From Candidatus Omnitrophota bacterium (GTDB lineage Bacteria > Omnitrophota > Gorgyraeia > Gygaellales > Profunditerraquicolaceae), in contig JBAZLM010000003.1 in NCBI GenBank assembly GCA_041650295.1, positions 66,933 to 130,932 of the forward strand: a stretch of 64,000 nt of DNA, written 5' to 3'. This document shows positions 48,409 to 57,225 of this stretch, piece by piece. Both the position numbers and the translations under genes were made by a program. Numbering within the stretch: position 1 is the stretch's first letter; the number at the start of each line of letters is the position of its first letter. Below the pieces are notes generated by a model, which was not told where the DNA came from, did no database searches, and worked only from the letters and a program-made list of their open reading frames with translations.

Positions 48409-49869
48409 CTATATTTGCACTTCACCTTTTGTAGCTGCTGCTTCCCACTTACCTACTCCATCCATCACATCCTTAAAACAAAGTTTAGCCAACGGATCAA
48501 AATCACTTTCCATGATACGATTAATTCTTCCAGGTTTTGAGAAAAATTCTCGCATACACCAAGAGCCTAGTCGACCCAGATCTTCAGTAGTTAAATGATC
48601 TGTAGGAATGACTGGATGCAGAAAATCCCACTGGCTAAAATCTACTTTTTTCGGATCAATCCAATTTTTCTTTAAAGCAATTCTCCACATCGGTGAATTC
48701 GGAGCAGGAGTAACATACCCTACCCAAAGAATATCTGGATCAACCATATCAGTAAACTCAAAACGCTGTTTTATAATCTCTTCAGTATCATAATCAAAAC
48801 CCATCATGATGTCGGCGACAATAGCAATATCTTGTTTACGTAAGATCGCAATCGTCTTTTTAATCTGTTCGATAGTAGTACCTTTGGCGATTCTTTTTAG
48901 TTCTAATTGTGTAGTCACCTCAATGCCGAAAACCCCCATAAACAAACCCGCCTCTTTCATTAAAGGTAAAATAGATTCGCAATTGACCCAATCCACGGCG
49001 CGGCCCAAAGCCACCCATTTAGTTTCAATTTTCTTAGCTAACTTTAATTCACAGAATTTTTTAATGCGAGCTGGGTCAACAATAAAATTGTCGTCCTGGA
49101 TCACCACCACTTTAACTCCATATTTATTTTGTAAAAGCTCTAATTCTTCGATCACTCTTTCCGGACTTTTGGCACGCCATTTTAAGAAATCTGAAGGATG
49201 GCGTGGATCAAACTGATCCCATTCATAACAAAAAGTACAAGCCGAAGGACAACCGCGAGAGGTAACCATATCCACAAACGGCTTCCAATAAGTATGCCCA
49301 GAATATTTATCCATCGGAAATAAATCATACGCCGGTAATGGCAGTTTATCTAAATCTGTCATCAATGGTTTATGTGGGCCCATAACAATTTCACCATTAA
49401 TCCGAGAAGTTACTCCTGCGACATCCTTAAATGATTTGTTTTTATCAATCGCTTCAATTAAATCACCAAATGATTCTTCCTCACCCATGACAATAAAATC
49501 AACTTCGGGAATCTCTTCTAATGTGGGTACAGGCATCGCTGAATACCACAAACCACCTAAAATTATTTTCACCTTTGGTAATACTTTTTTAATCCCAATG
49601 GCGGCATCTTTAAAATGGCGTAATACTCCGTATCCACCGTAACCGTGTAATTGCTCGCCCATCACCACGATATCAGGATTAATCGCTTTGACCTTAGTAA
49701 TTAAATCTTGCATCGGGATCTGATCGGCTTTCGCGTCAATCACAGCCACATCTTTGTATCCTTTTTCCCGAATGTAAGCAGCCCAATGCGCATACAATTG
49801 ATTGGGTGAACGATGAATTCCGTGTGTTGCCCAAGCACCTACTTTTGGCATAACAAATAAAATTTTCAT
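48409..49869 (-). CDS. B12-binding domain-containing radical SAM protein
   Basis: N-terminal cobalamin-binding Rossmann-like domain. CPSACTFCYEW radical SAM cluster motif. Confidence 0.8.
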   Translation of the reverse strand: MKILFVMPKVGAWATHGIHRSPNQLYAHWAAYIREKGYKDVAVIDAKADQIPMQDLITKVKAINPDIVVMGEQLHGYGGYGVLRHFKDAAIGIKKVLPKVKIILGGLWYSAMPVPTLEEIPEVDFIVMGEEESFGDLIEAIDKNKSFKDVAGVTSRINGEIVMGPHKPLMTDLDKLPLPAYDLFPMDKYSGHTYWKPFVDMVTSRGCPSACTFCYEWDQFDPRHPSDFLKWRAKSPERVIEELELLQNKYGVKVVVIQDDNFIVDPARIKKFCELKLAKKIETKWVALGRAVDWVNCESILPLMKEAGLFMGVFGIEVTTQLELKRIAKGTTIEQIKKTIAILRKQDIAIVADIMMGFDYDTEEIIKQRFEFTDMVDPDILWVGYVTPAPNSPMWRIALKKNWIDPKKVDFSQWDFLHPVIPTDHLTTEDLGRLGSWCMREFFSKPGRINRIMESDFDPLAKLCFKDVMDGVGKWEAAATKGEVQI

Positions 49870-49888
49870 GACTCCTCCATAATAATGA

Positions 49889-51118
49889 TTAAACCTTCTC
49901 GACCACTAAAACTGAATTAATTCCGCCGCGGCCGCGCGAAATGATCAAAGACTTGCCTACCTTATATTCTTTAGCTTCTTTAGCGACATAATTTAAATGA
50001 TTAATTGCCGGAGTTTCTAAATTTAAGGTCGGAGCCACTAAATTGTGCTCCATAGTCAAAAGAGCAATGATCATATCCAACGCACCGGATGCCCCCAATA
50101 AATTTCCAAACATCGATTTAGGACAACTCAGCGGAATATTTTTTAATTGCTCACCAAAAACTAATCTTAACGCCTTAATTTCTGAATCATCCCAAAGGTC
50201 CACCGCTAAACCATCTAAACTGATATAACCAATTTCATTAATATTGGCTTGGGCATCATTTAAAGCTAAATTAATGGCGCGTGCTAACTCTTTACCATCA
50301 TTAGAGCAATGAATACGATTTTCTCCGTCGCAAGTAGAGCCGTAGCCACTAATTAAACCTAAAATATTAGCACCTCTTTTTTTGGCTCGTGCCACACTCT
50401 CCATCACCACAATTCCGGCACCTTCGCCAATCACAAAACCGTTACGATTTTTATCAAATGGTCGGTAGGCACCCGCAGGATCCTGATTATTTTTGGATAA
50501 CGTTCCGTAAGTATTACAACACAGTAAAGCATACGGGGTCACCGGAGCTTCCATCCCCCCACCTAAAATCATATTCAATTTATTTTTAGCTAAAACTTTA
50601 CGCGCATAACCTAAAGCCATCGCAGAACTGGCTCGGTCACTGACTACCGTTTTACTAAAACCTTTTATCCCATAATAAATGGAGACCTGACCTTGGGGCG
50701 CGGCAGGAAACCAAGCACTGGCCATATAAGGAGAAACTCCTTCGCGACCTTCTAAATATAAATCTCTTAATTCTGTTTCGGCATAAAGCCAGCCACCAAT
50801 AGCATTACCTAAAAAGATCCCCACTAGATTAGGATCTTCATTTTTAATATCGATCCCAGCGTCTTGCAAAGCTAATTCAGAAGCGACCAATGCCATGTGC
50901 GAAAAAGCATCAATCTTTTTCAAAAGTCTTTCTGAGATATGGCTATATTTTTCTAAATCATCAATTTGTCCGGCGATATGGGCAGGATACAAAGAAGCAT
51001 CAAAACGAGTAATCTCTTTAATAAAGGAGCGACCGCTCTTAATGTTAGCCCAGAATTGACGTTTACCAATTCCTGATGGGCTGACTACTCCAATTCCAGT
51101 AATTGCAATCTTATCCAT
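49889..51118 (-). CDS. Beta-ketoacyl synthase lacking the active-site Cys (chain-length-factor / KS-beta-like)
   Basis: KS fold with thiolase-like domains. The position equivalent to the Cys of SACA(T/S)S reads VSDRASSAM (Cys replaced by Arg). Translationally coupled (ATGA) to the upstream KS. Confidence 0.65.
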   Translation of the reverse strand: MDKIAITGIGVVSPSGIGKRQFWANIKSGRSFIKEITRFDASLYPAHIAGQIDDLEKYSHISERLLKKIDAFSHMALVASELALQDAGIDIKNEDPNLVGIFLGNAIGGWLYAETELRDLYLEGREGVSPYMASAWFPAAPQGQVSIYYGIKGFSKTVVSDRASSAMALGYARKVLAKNKLNMILGGGMEAPVTPYALLCCNTYGTLSKNNQDPAGAYRPFDKNRNGFVIGEGAGIVVMESVARAKKRGANILGLISGYGSTCDGENRIHCSNDGKELARAINLALNDAQANINEIGYISLDGLAVDLWDDSEIKALRLVFGEQLKNIPLSCPKSMFGNLLGASGALDMIIALLTMEHNLVAPTLNLETPAINHLNYVAKEAKEYKVGKSLIISRGRGGINSVLVVEKV

Positions 51119-52410
51119 TATCCACCATACCTTTTTAAAACCAACGAAGAATGAATTCCTGAAAAACCACTGCTGGTTTTCAAAATCATGTTCACTTTTT
51201 TAGAAATTGCCTGATTAGGAATATAATATAAATCGCATTGCGGATCTTTTTCTTCCTGATTAATCGTCGGAGGAAGAATGTTTTTTTCAAAGATCATCGC
51301 TGCAATCGTCATTTCAATGGCATTAGCCGCCGCCAACGGATGGCCAGTCATCGACTTTAAAGAACTAATCGGTAATTTATAAGCGTAATCACCAAAAATT
51401 GCTTTATAAGCATTAGACTCAAAAATATCATTCATCCTAGTACTTGAGCCATGGGCATTAATATAGTCTACTTGACTGGGTTTAATCTGGGCATCTTTTA
51501 ATGCCAAACTAATACAAGTCTCCATCGCTCGACCATCAGAAGGCAGGTCAGTCATATGAAACGCATTACAACTAGTGCCAAAACCTAAAACTTCACAATA
51601 AATCACAGCATTACGTTTTAAAGCATGTTCTAATTCTTCCAAGACTAAAATTCCTGCGCCTTCTCCTAAAACAAATCCGTCACGTTTATTATCAAAAGGA
51701 CGCGATGATTTTTGCGGCTCATCATTATGCACTGATAAAACATTAACCACATCAAAAGCCCCAAAAGTTATCGGAGTTAGCGGAGCTTCCGCCGCCCCAC
51801 AAATCATTACATCCTGTTCACCGTCTTGAATACTCTCCAAACCAAACCCCAATGAATCTGTGCCGGCCGTGCAACCAGTAGAAATGGTATTACAAATTCC
51901 TTTTAAACCGTAACGGGCACTAATCTCAATCGACGGCGTATTAAACATCGCCGCATCATATAGATCCGGTCGCACTAAAGCTGGATTAATCGGTTTTTTG
52001 CCGTCGTCAGTAACTAAAGCAAACTCTTCTTCCATATATTTTGTACCACAAATCGCATTAGCCAAACAAACACCCGCCCGTTGAAGATCAATTTTAGAAA
52101 AATCAATTTTACTATCATCGATGGCCATCTTCCCAGCGGCCACACCGAATTGGACATAACGGTCCATGCGCATTGCCTCTTCATGGTTTAATCCTAATTT
52201 AAACGGATCAAAATCACGTACCTGCGCAGCAATTTTAGTATTAAAAACTGAGACATCAAAACCGTCCACTAAACGTATCCCCGATTTTCCACTTGAGTAT
52301 CCTGCCCAAGCATTTTTTTTACCAATGCCATTAGGCGAAATCACTCCGATACCGGTAATCACTACTCTGCGTTTGTTCACTATCATCCCTTTCGTCATTG
52401 CCAGCCACAT
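51118..52410 (-). CDS. Beta-ketoacyl-ACP synthase (KS-alpha; active-site Cys present)
   Basis: ISTGCTAG active-site block. His-His motifs are retained. The true start is probably MIVNKRRVVITGIG at 52386. Confidence 0.8.
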   Translation of the reverse strand: MWLAMTKGMIVNKRRVVITGIGVISPNGIGKKNAWAGYSSGKSGIRLVDGFDVSVFNTKIAAQVRDFDPFKLGLNHEEAMRMDRYVQFGVAAGKMAIDDSKIDFSKIDLQRAGVCLANAICGTKYMEEEFALVTDDGKKPINPALVRPDLYDAAMFNTPSIEISARYGLKGICNTISTGCTAGTDSLGFGLESIQDGEQDVMICGAAEAPLTPITFGAFDVVNVLSVHNDEPQKSSRPFDNKRDGFVLGEGAGILVLEELEHALKRNAVIYCEVLGFGTSCNAFHMTDLPSDGRAMETCISLALKDAQIKPSQVDYINAHGSSTRMNDIFESNAYKAIFGDYAYKLPISSLKSMTGHPLAAANAIEMTIAAMIFEKNILPPTINQEEKDPQCDLYYIPNQAISKKVNMILKTSSGFSGIHSSLVLKRYGG

Positions 52411-52515
52411 AGTGGCGAAGCAACCTCATCTTTATTGATTGCCGCGTCGCCTGCGGCTCCTCGCAATGACAAGAGTCGCAAATTATCTTAAAATCATTCG
52501 ACTCTTGTCACTTTA
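52387..52515 (-). promoter_or_regulatory. GC-rich structured leader with three-way-junction potential upstream of KS-alpha
   Basis: Closing helix gtcattgc (52394-52401) / gcaatgac (52463-52470). Internal hairpins gccgcgtcgcctgcggc and gccacatagtggc. The closing helix abuts the GAAAGGG Shine-Dalgarno sequence. Confidence 0.4.
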
Positions 52516-53081
52516 AAAATAATATTTCCCCCATCTGGACAAGTTACAGTATCAATCGAATTAGGGTCTGGCATAAAGAAAAACTTAGCTCCAAAATTTA
52601 AAGCAAATAAAGCCGGAAATGCTGTATGAAATGCCGCTCCGCAAAAACCCGGGATACATTTTAATCCCGTAGTCTCCCATTTGTCGCCGACTTTATAGCC
52701 AAAAGCACATTTTCCTTTTGCTGCAACTACCTCCAGCACCATCTTTTTAGGATTTGGCCCTTTATGTAACGGATCGCGCGGGATAACTTGCAACTTACCT
52801 TCTTTATCTAAAATTTCTGCTTTAAATTCTAACTTTCCACCGTCGGGACAAGTAATTAATAAAGAACGCTGGTTATCTCGAAAACCAAATTGCGCACCAA
52901 AACTTAAAGCATAAATTACCGGAAAAAGTGCATGGGCCAACCCCAAACAAAAATGTTTCGGCGCATGCGTAAAATCTTCTAAAATAATTTCATCACCTAT
53001 TTTATAGCCGTGATAACAAACCCCTAAAACTTGAGTTACCGTTAATTTAAGTCGCGGAAAAGGCGTTTTAACTTCTTCCAT
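52494..53081 (-). CDS. TIGR04076-like protein with internally duplicated Cys-rich domain
   Basis: Two homologous halves, each with C..GYK.GD ... FGA.F.F ... CPDGG. Confidence 0.5.
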   Translation of the reverse strand: MEEVKTPFPRLKLTVTQVLGVCYHGYKIGDEIILEDFTHAPKHFCLGLAHALFPVIYALSFGAQFGFRDNQRSLLITCPDGGKLEFKAEILDKEGKLQVIPRDPLHKGPNPKKMVLEVVAAKGKCAFGYKVGDKWETTGLKCIPGFCGAAFHTAFPALFALNFGAKFFFMPDPNSIDTVTCPDGGNIIFKVTRVE

Positions 53082-53083
53082 TT

Positions 53084-54088
53084 TTATATTAACTCCTTAG
53101 TTTTGGCAATTAACTCTTCTTTACTAAAAAAACGATGATTTTTTTCTACTGCATGCACCATCTCTACTAAAACTTTATTTAAAGGTGCTTGGGTATGATG
53201 ATCCAGCGCCAAAGTTACAAATTCGCCATTAATATAATCAATTTCCGAAAGCTTTCCCCGCATAATACTTTGTAAGATCGAGCCATATAAAGGTTCCTTA
53301 CTTAAATTTTTCATCCGCTCTGAAAAAACTTGCGCTGATAATTCAATAGGCATGTTTGTTAACTTAGTAAGATTCTCTAGCGGAAAATCGGGAAGCGAAA
53401 CTAAATTAATTTTAGCCTGCTCTATTACTCTGAAAGCCTCTTTCCAAATCGCCACACTAATGCGACTAATCGCTAAATCGCTAAAAACTTCCTGCATACT
53501 TTTGCCGGTGATTGCCGGTAAACAATTGTTAGCATTTACAAAAATTTTTAAATACTTCATCCCGGTAATATTTTCGCTAATTACCGTTGGAAAAATTTTA
53601 TCTAAGACCAAACTTACTGCTAATAAGGATGCACTAGGTGCTGGATGAGCAAAACCACCCAAGACCCAACTGCCTTCAAAGTTATGTACCACTTTTCCCG
53701 GCTCTAAAGAAGTAGCCCCGAACATAACAATACTAGAGATAATTTTTTCTGCCGGAACATAACAAGCGGCTAATTTATCTGACCTTACTCCATTTTGGAT
53801 CGTTAAGAAATTAGCATTCTGCAATAAATGCGAATTATTTTGTAGCGCCGCATTAACATCTTGAGTTTTAGTAGCTAGAATAGCTAAATCCGGAATATAA
53901 TTTAAAGTGTCGGCGACAGGAATTTGCACTGACAAATTTCCCCTGACCCCAGAGACAAGTATGCCTTGGTTTTGAACTATTTTAACCGCTTTAGTTTGAC
54001 TAACTAAAGTAACCTCTTGGCCTTTTTCCTTAAGATAAGCCGCCACTAAACAACCAATGGCTCCAGCACCAATTACCGCAATTCGCAT
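53084..54088 (-). CDS. Ketopantoate reductase-like (ApbA/PanE family) NAD(P)-dependent oxidoreductase
   Basis: N-terminal Rossmann motif MRIAVIGAGAIGC. Length and C-terminal domain fit the PanE family. Confidence 0.65.
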   Translation of the reverse strand: MRIAVIGAGAIGCLVAAYLKEKGQEVTLVSQTKAVKIVQNQGILVSGVRGNLSVQIPVADTLNYIPDLAILATKTQDVNAALQNNSHLLQNANFLTIQNGVRSDKLAACYVPAEKIISSIVMFGATSLEPGKVVHNFEGSWVLGGFAHPAPSASLLAVSLVLDKIFPTVISENITGMKYLKIFVNANNCLPAITGKSMQEVFSDLAISRISVAIWKEAFRVIEQAKINLVSLPDFPLENLTKLTNMPIELSAQVFSERMKNLSKEPLYGSILQSIMRGKLSEIDYINGEFVTLALDHHTQAPLNKVLVEMVHAVEKNHRFFSKEELIAKTKELI

Positions 54089-54357
54089 TAACCCTTATTC
54101 TCCTTTGGAAAACCGTATTTTTTATAGTCAAAGCCGTTTTGCCCAAGGAGACGCACCATCATACTGTAAAATGGCGAAGGAACATCAGAGAAAAAAGCTG
54201 CCACTACGTCTTGCTCCTCTACTTGTTGGCTATTACGCGTTGCGGCCAGTTTTTCGGCCTGGCCCCTAACCACAGACTCCGTAATATGACGATGAAAGAC
54301 CGGGATCTTAGAGATTAAAACTTTAAATTTATTTTCGGTTTGCAGTTCCCAAGGCAT
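54088..54357 (-). CDS. PCP_red-like small protein (resembles the C-terminal domain of protochlorophyllide reductase subunit B)
   Basis: 89 aa with VLISKIPVFHRHITESVVRGQAEKLAA. Proteins of this kind often accompany B12-binding radical SAM enzymes. Assignment is tentative. Confidence 0.4.
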   Translation of the reverse strand: MPWELQTENKFKVLISKIPVFHRHITESVVRGQAEKLAATRNSQQVEEQDVVAAFFSDVPSPFYSMMVRLLGQNGFDYKKYGFPKENKG

Positions 54358-54428
54358 AACTTAACCCTCAAAATATAGTAAAATTTTACTATATAATTTT
54401 AACAAGACCAGCTATTTTGTCAAGTCAA

Positions 54429-55370
54429 TTAATCTTCACGCCAGGAGAGAACTTTCTTGGCTTGTGGATTGATTACGATGCTATAATGCAACCCTTCATG
54501 ATTACCAGAGGTAGTAATCACATTAAAACGCAGATACTCTGATTTAACCGTAAATACCGGAAGTAAAACCAAGAGATCTTGCTCCTGGCGTAAACTTAAC
54601 ATCGTATACTCCCGCAGATCATTCAATAATGCTGACAAGTTAGCAATGCCATAGATCGGCTCACCTGTAGGCTCAACAACCGGCTCAGAAAAAATGCCTT
54701 TATCAGGAGGCTTAACCTCGGGTTTAATTTCATGTTCCCGGCGAAAACGTAAAATAATTTTAGCTACCTCTTCTTCTAAACCCAAAGCCATCAAAACTTC
54801 CCGGCTAGCCGTATTAATATTCACTCTACCGGTTCCAAAAATCGTAACATAATCTTTAAAAAGCAAAAATTTCTCTTTTGAGATATCTTCAACCAATAAT
54901 ACTTCATTAATCGAACGAAAAGGTCGCCAGCTAGATCTGACAATTGCTTGCGCCATATCTTCATCCATACCCGGTAAACGCGCTAAAACTTCTGCGGAGG
55001 CAAGATTTAAATTAATTAGAGCGCTCTCGTCAATAATCTCCTCTTTATCTTTAAATTTAATTTTATCTACAAAAAAACAGCGATAACTATTCCCACCCGC
55101 TAGATCAAATATCTCCTCTTTAGATAATTCATCCCAAGTATCATAAGCAGGGGTTAGGTCTTTGGCTCTAAAGTTCAACATTCTTTTTAATGCACCTTGC
55201 ACAATGGGCGGTGAAGTAACTAAGCGAGTATAGGTTTTACTAAAATTAATCTCCTGAAGCACTAATCCAGTAATTCCTAATCCTAAAACAGAGAGGATCA
55301 TAATTACCCATAAACAAACTACTAAAACACTGCCTTGATTAGGCTTTTGGTAAATAAACGGTCGATTCAT
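54429..55370 (-). CDS. gspK: Type II secretion system minor pseudopilin GspK-like
   Basis: N-terminal TM, GspK-like domains and helix-hairpin-helix segments (LNLASAEVLARLPGM, INTASREVLMAL). Confidence 0.65.
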   Translation of the reverse strand: MNRPFIYQKPNQGSVLVVCLWVIMILSVLGLGITGLVLQEINFSKTYTRLVTSPPIVQGALKRMLNFRAKDLTPAYDTWDELSKEEIFDLAGGNSYRCFFVDKIKFKDKEEIIDESALINLNLASAEVLARLPGMDEDMAQAIVRSSWRPFRSINEVLLVEDISKEKFLLFKDYVTIFGTGRVNINTASREVLMALGLEEEVAKIILRFRREHEIKPEVKPPDKGIFSEPVVEPTGEPIYGIANLSALLNDLREYTMLSLRQEQDLLVLLPVFTVKSEYLRFNVITTSGNHEGLHYSIVINPQAKKVLSWRED

Positions 55371-55941
55371 ATTTTTTTTGTTGGCTAAAAATAGTAATTT
55401 TTACCGCTACCGGCAAAAACTTTTTATCCCACAGCGCTGTCCACAAATATTCGTTTTTTACTGAATCTTTATATAAATAACTAAATTCAACTGCTTTAAC
55501 ATTAGATAAAAAAATTGCTGGCTTAGCTAATAAATCCGGGTTTAATTTACCTTCGTCGTCGATAATATTACTAAGTTTATCCACAACCTGTTTTAAAGTT
55601 TTAGACCTCAAGTCAAAATAATAAGTCAGGCGGCAGGGAAAATAATCTACATGGGCAGGAAAGCTTAAGCGATCTATTCCTCCAGCAAACAATAATTTGC
55701 TACTCTCTGGTTGCTGGCGTAACTGGCGTGAAAAACTCTCAATTTTTAATAAAATCTTTTGTTGAACTAAATCAATGTTTTTAACTCGGCGTAAAACTGC
55801 TGCTCCGGAAGAAAATGTTGAATAGATCGCAAGACTAACCACTGAAAAAATAGAGACGGCAATCAATAGTTCGACTAAACTAAAGGCGCGCGATTTAATT
55901 TTTTTATTTTTGTTTGGGAAGATAGGTGGCCAAAGAGACAT
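55339..55941 (-). CDS. Pseudopilin with prepilin-type N-terminal methylation motif (GspJ-like)
   Basis: RAFSLVELLIAVSIF class III signal/methylation motif. Confidence 0.6.
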   Translation of the reverse strand: MSLWPPIFPNKNKKIKSRAFSLVELLIAVSIFSVVSLAIYSTFSSGAAVLRRVKNIDLVQQKILLKIESFSRQLRQQPESSKLLFAGGIDRLSFPAHVDYFPCRLTYYFDLRSKTLKQVVDKLSNIIDDEGKLNPDLLAKPAIFLSNVKAVEFSYLYKDSVKNEYLWTALWDKKFLPVAVKITIFSQQKKYESTVYLPKA

Positions 55942-56299
55942 TTTTTAAAGAATTCTTTTCACTCCAACTAACAGTTAAGGACGCTAAGACAAAATCTTCG
56001 GATTCAGTAATCGCCTTAATCTCTTCTTGATATTGATAATTTCTGGATAAAGTTTTTATCTCATCGGTTTTACTCTGCGCTACCGCTATTCCTTTTAAAC
56101 TGTTAAATTCTAAGGCTTCAAATTTTTCTTTGGCTAAGATCAAGGCTCCAATACTATTCTGAGCCGTATTAGCTGCACGCAGTGCCAACATATAGGAGTT
56201 AGCCACCGAAGTCAGGCCAACTCCTAAAATAACCACACTCACCATAATTTCTACTAAGGTAAAACCGCGCAATTTATTCACTCCAGTTATTAATATCAT
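55904..56299 (-). CDS. Pseudopilin (GspI/GspH-like)
   Basis: LRGFTLVEIMVSVVILGVG prepilin motif. The start is set at MILITGV. Confidence 0.6.
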   Translation of the reverse strand: MILITGVNKLRGFTLVEIMVSVVILGVGLTSVANSYMLALRAANTAQNSIGALILAKEKFEALEFNSLKGIAVAQSKTDEIKTLSRNYQYQEEIKAITESEDFVLASLTVSWSEKNSLKNVSLATYLPKQK

Positions 56300-56672
56300 C
56301 GGCAGTATCCGGGCGGCCATCGCTACCTGCAGAAGAAAGATCATAACCATTAGAATTATGTTCCCCTGGAGCTTTATAGATATAAACTTTACCCCAAGGA
56401 TCTAAGGGTTTTTTCTTGATATAAGGACCTTTCCAACTTGTCGCATCCTCACCCGGATTGGTTCTTAAATAATCCAACAATTCCGGATAATGACCTAAAT
56501 CCATCTCATAAAGATCAAGGGCCACTGGTAAACTAGAATTAATATCTGTTTTGGCTGCCTGCACGCGCGCCTGCTCAGAACGCCCGGCCAAACGCGGTAC
56601 CACCATCGCTGATAAAACTCCAATAATAATTACTACCAACATTAGTTCAATCAAAGTAAATGCTTTTTTCAT
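56274..56672 (-). CDS. gspG: Type II secretion major pseudopilin GspG
   Basis: MKKAFTLIELMLVVIIIGVLSAMVVP, followed by the GspG core DPWGKVYIYKAPGEHNSNGYDLSSAGSDG. Confidence 0.85.
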   Translation of the reverse strand: MKKAFTLIELMLVVIIIGVLSAMVVPRLAGRSEQARVQAAKTDINSSLPVALDLYEMDLGHYPELLDYLRTNPGEDATSWKGPYIKKKPLDPWGKVYIYKAPGEHNSNGYDLSSAGSDGRPDTADDINNWSE

Positions 56673-56694
56673 AACTTACCTCCTTCGCTAATTA

Positions 56695-57225
56695 CTAACC
56701 AAAAGCAATCCCTAAAATCACTGCATCAATTTTTAATAAACCGGCAGCCTCATCTTTAACCGCTAAACTGATTTTTTCTATCTGTAATAAAATATTAGCC
56801 CCCTCTACCCCGGAGATAAAATCTAATAAATTTCTTAGCTGTCCCTCTGAGCTTAAATTAACCCGATAAATGGTTACCCCACCTTTAATTTTAGTAGAAC
56901 CGGCGGAGTTCATATCCAAAATCTGCAATTTAGATTTTCTGGCTTCCGCTTCAATCTTACTCATCACCATCGCTGACTTCTCTTCGTCACTGCCTTTAAG
57001 ACTAGAATATCCAGCAATTTGTTTTTGCGCTTTGAGAATTTCCGTACGATTGTGCTCTAAAGCCATATACTTACGGATAGTTAATTTAGCCTGTGCAATT
57101 TCTCCGGAATAAGCACTAGTCTTATCATAAATGGGGCCCAAAATAAAAACCTTCAATAAGAAGAGGACCAATAAAACTCCGATTGAAGCAATTAATATTT
57201 TTTCTTTACTATTTAATTCTCTCAT
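56695..57225 (-). CDS. gspM: Type II secretion system protein M (GspM/PilO-like)
   Basis: Single N-terminal TM, coiled coil and a ferredoxin-like C-terminal domain. Position in the gsp operon supports the call. Confidence 0.55.
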   Translation of the reverse strand: MRELNSKEKILIASIGVLLVLFLLKVFILGPIYDKTSAYSGEIAQAKLTIRKYMALEHNRTEILKAQKQIAGYSSLKGSDEEKSAMVMSKIEAEARKSKLQILDMNSAGSTKIKGGVTIYRVNLSSEGQLRNLLDFISGVEGANILLQIEKISLAVKDEAAGLLKIDAVILGIAFG

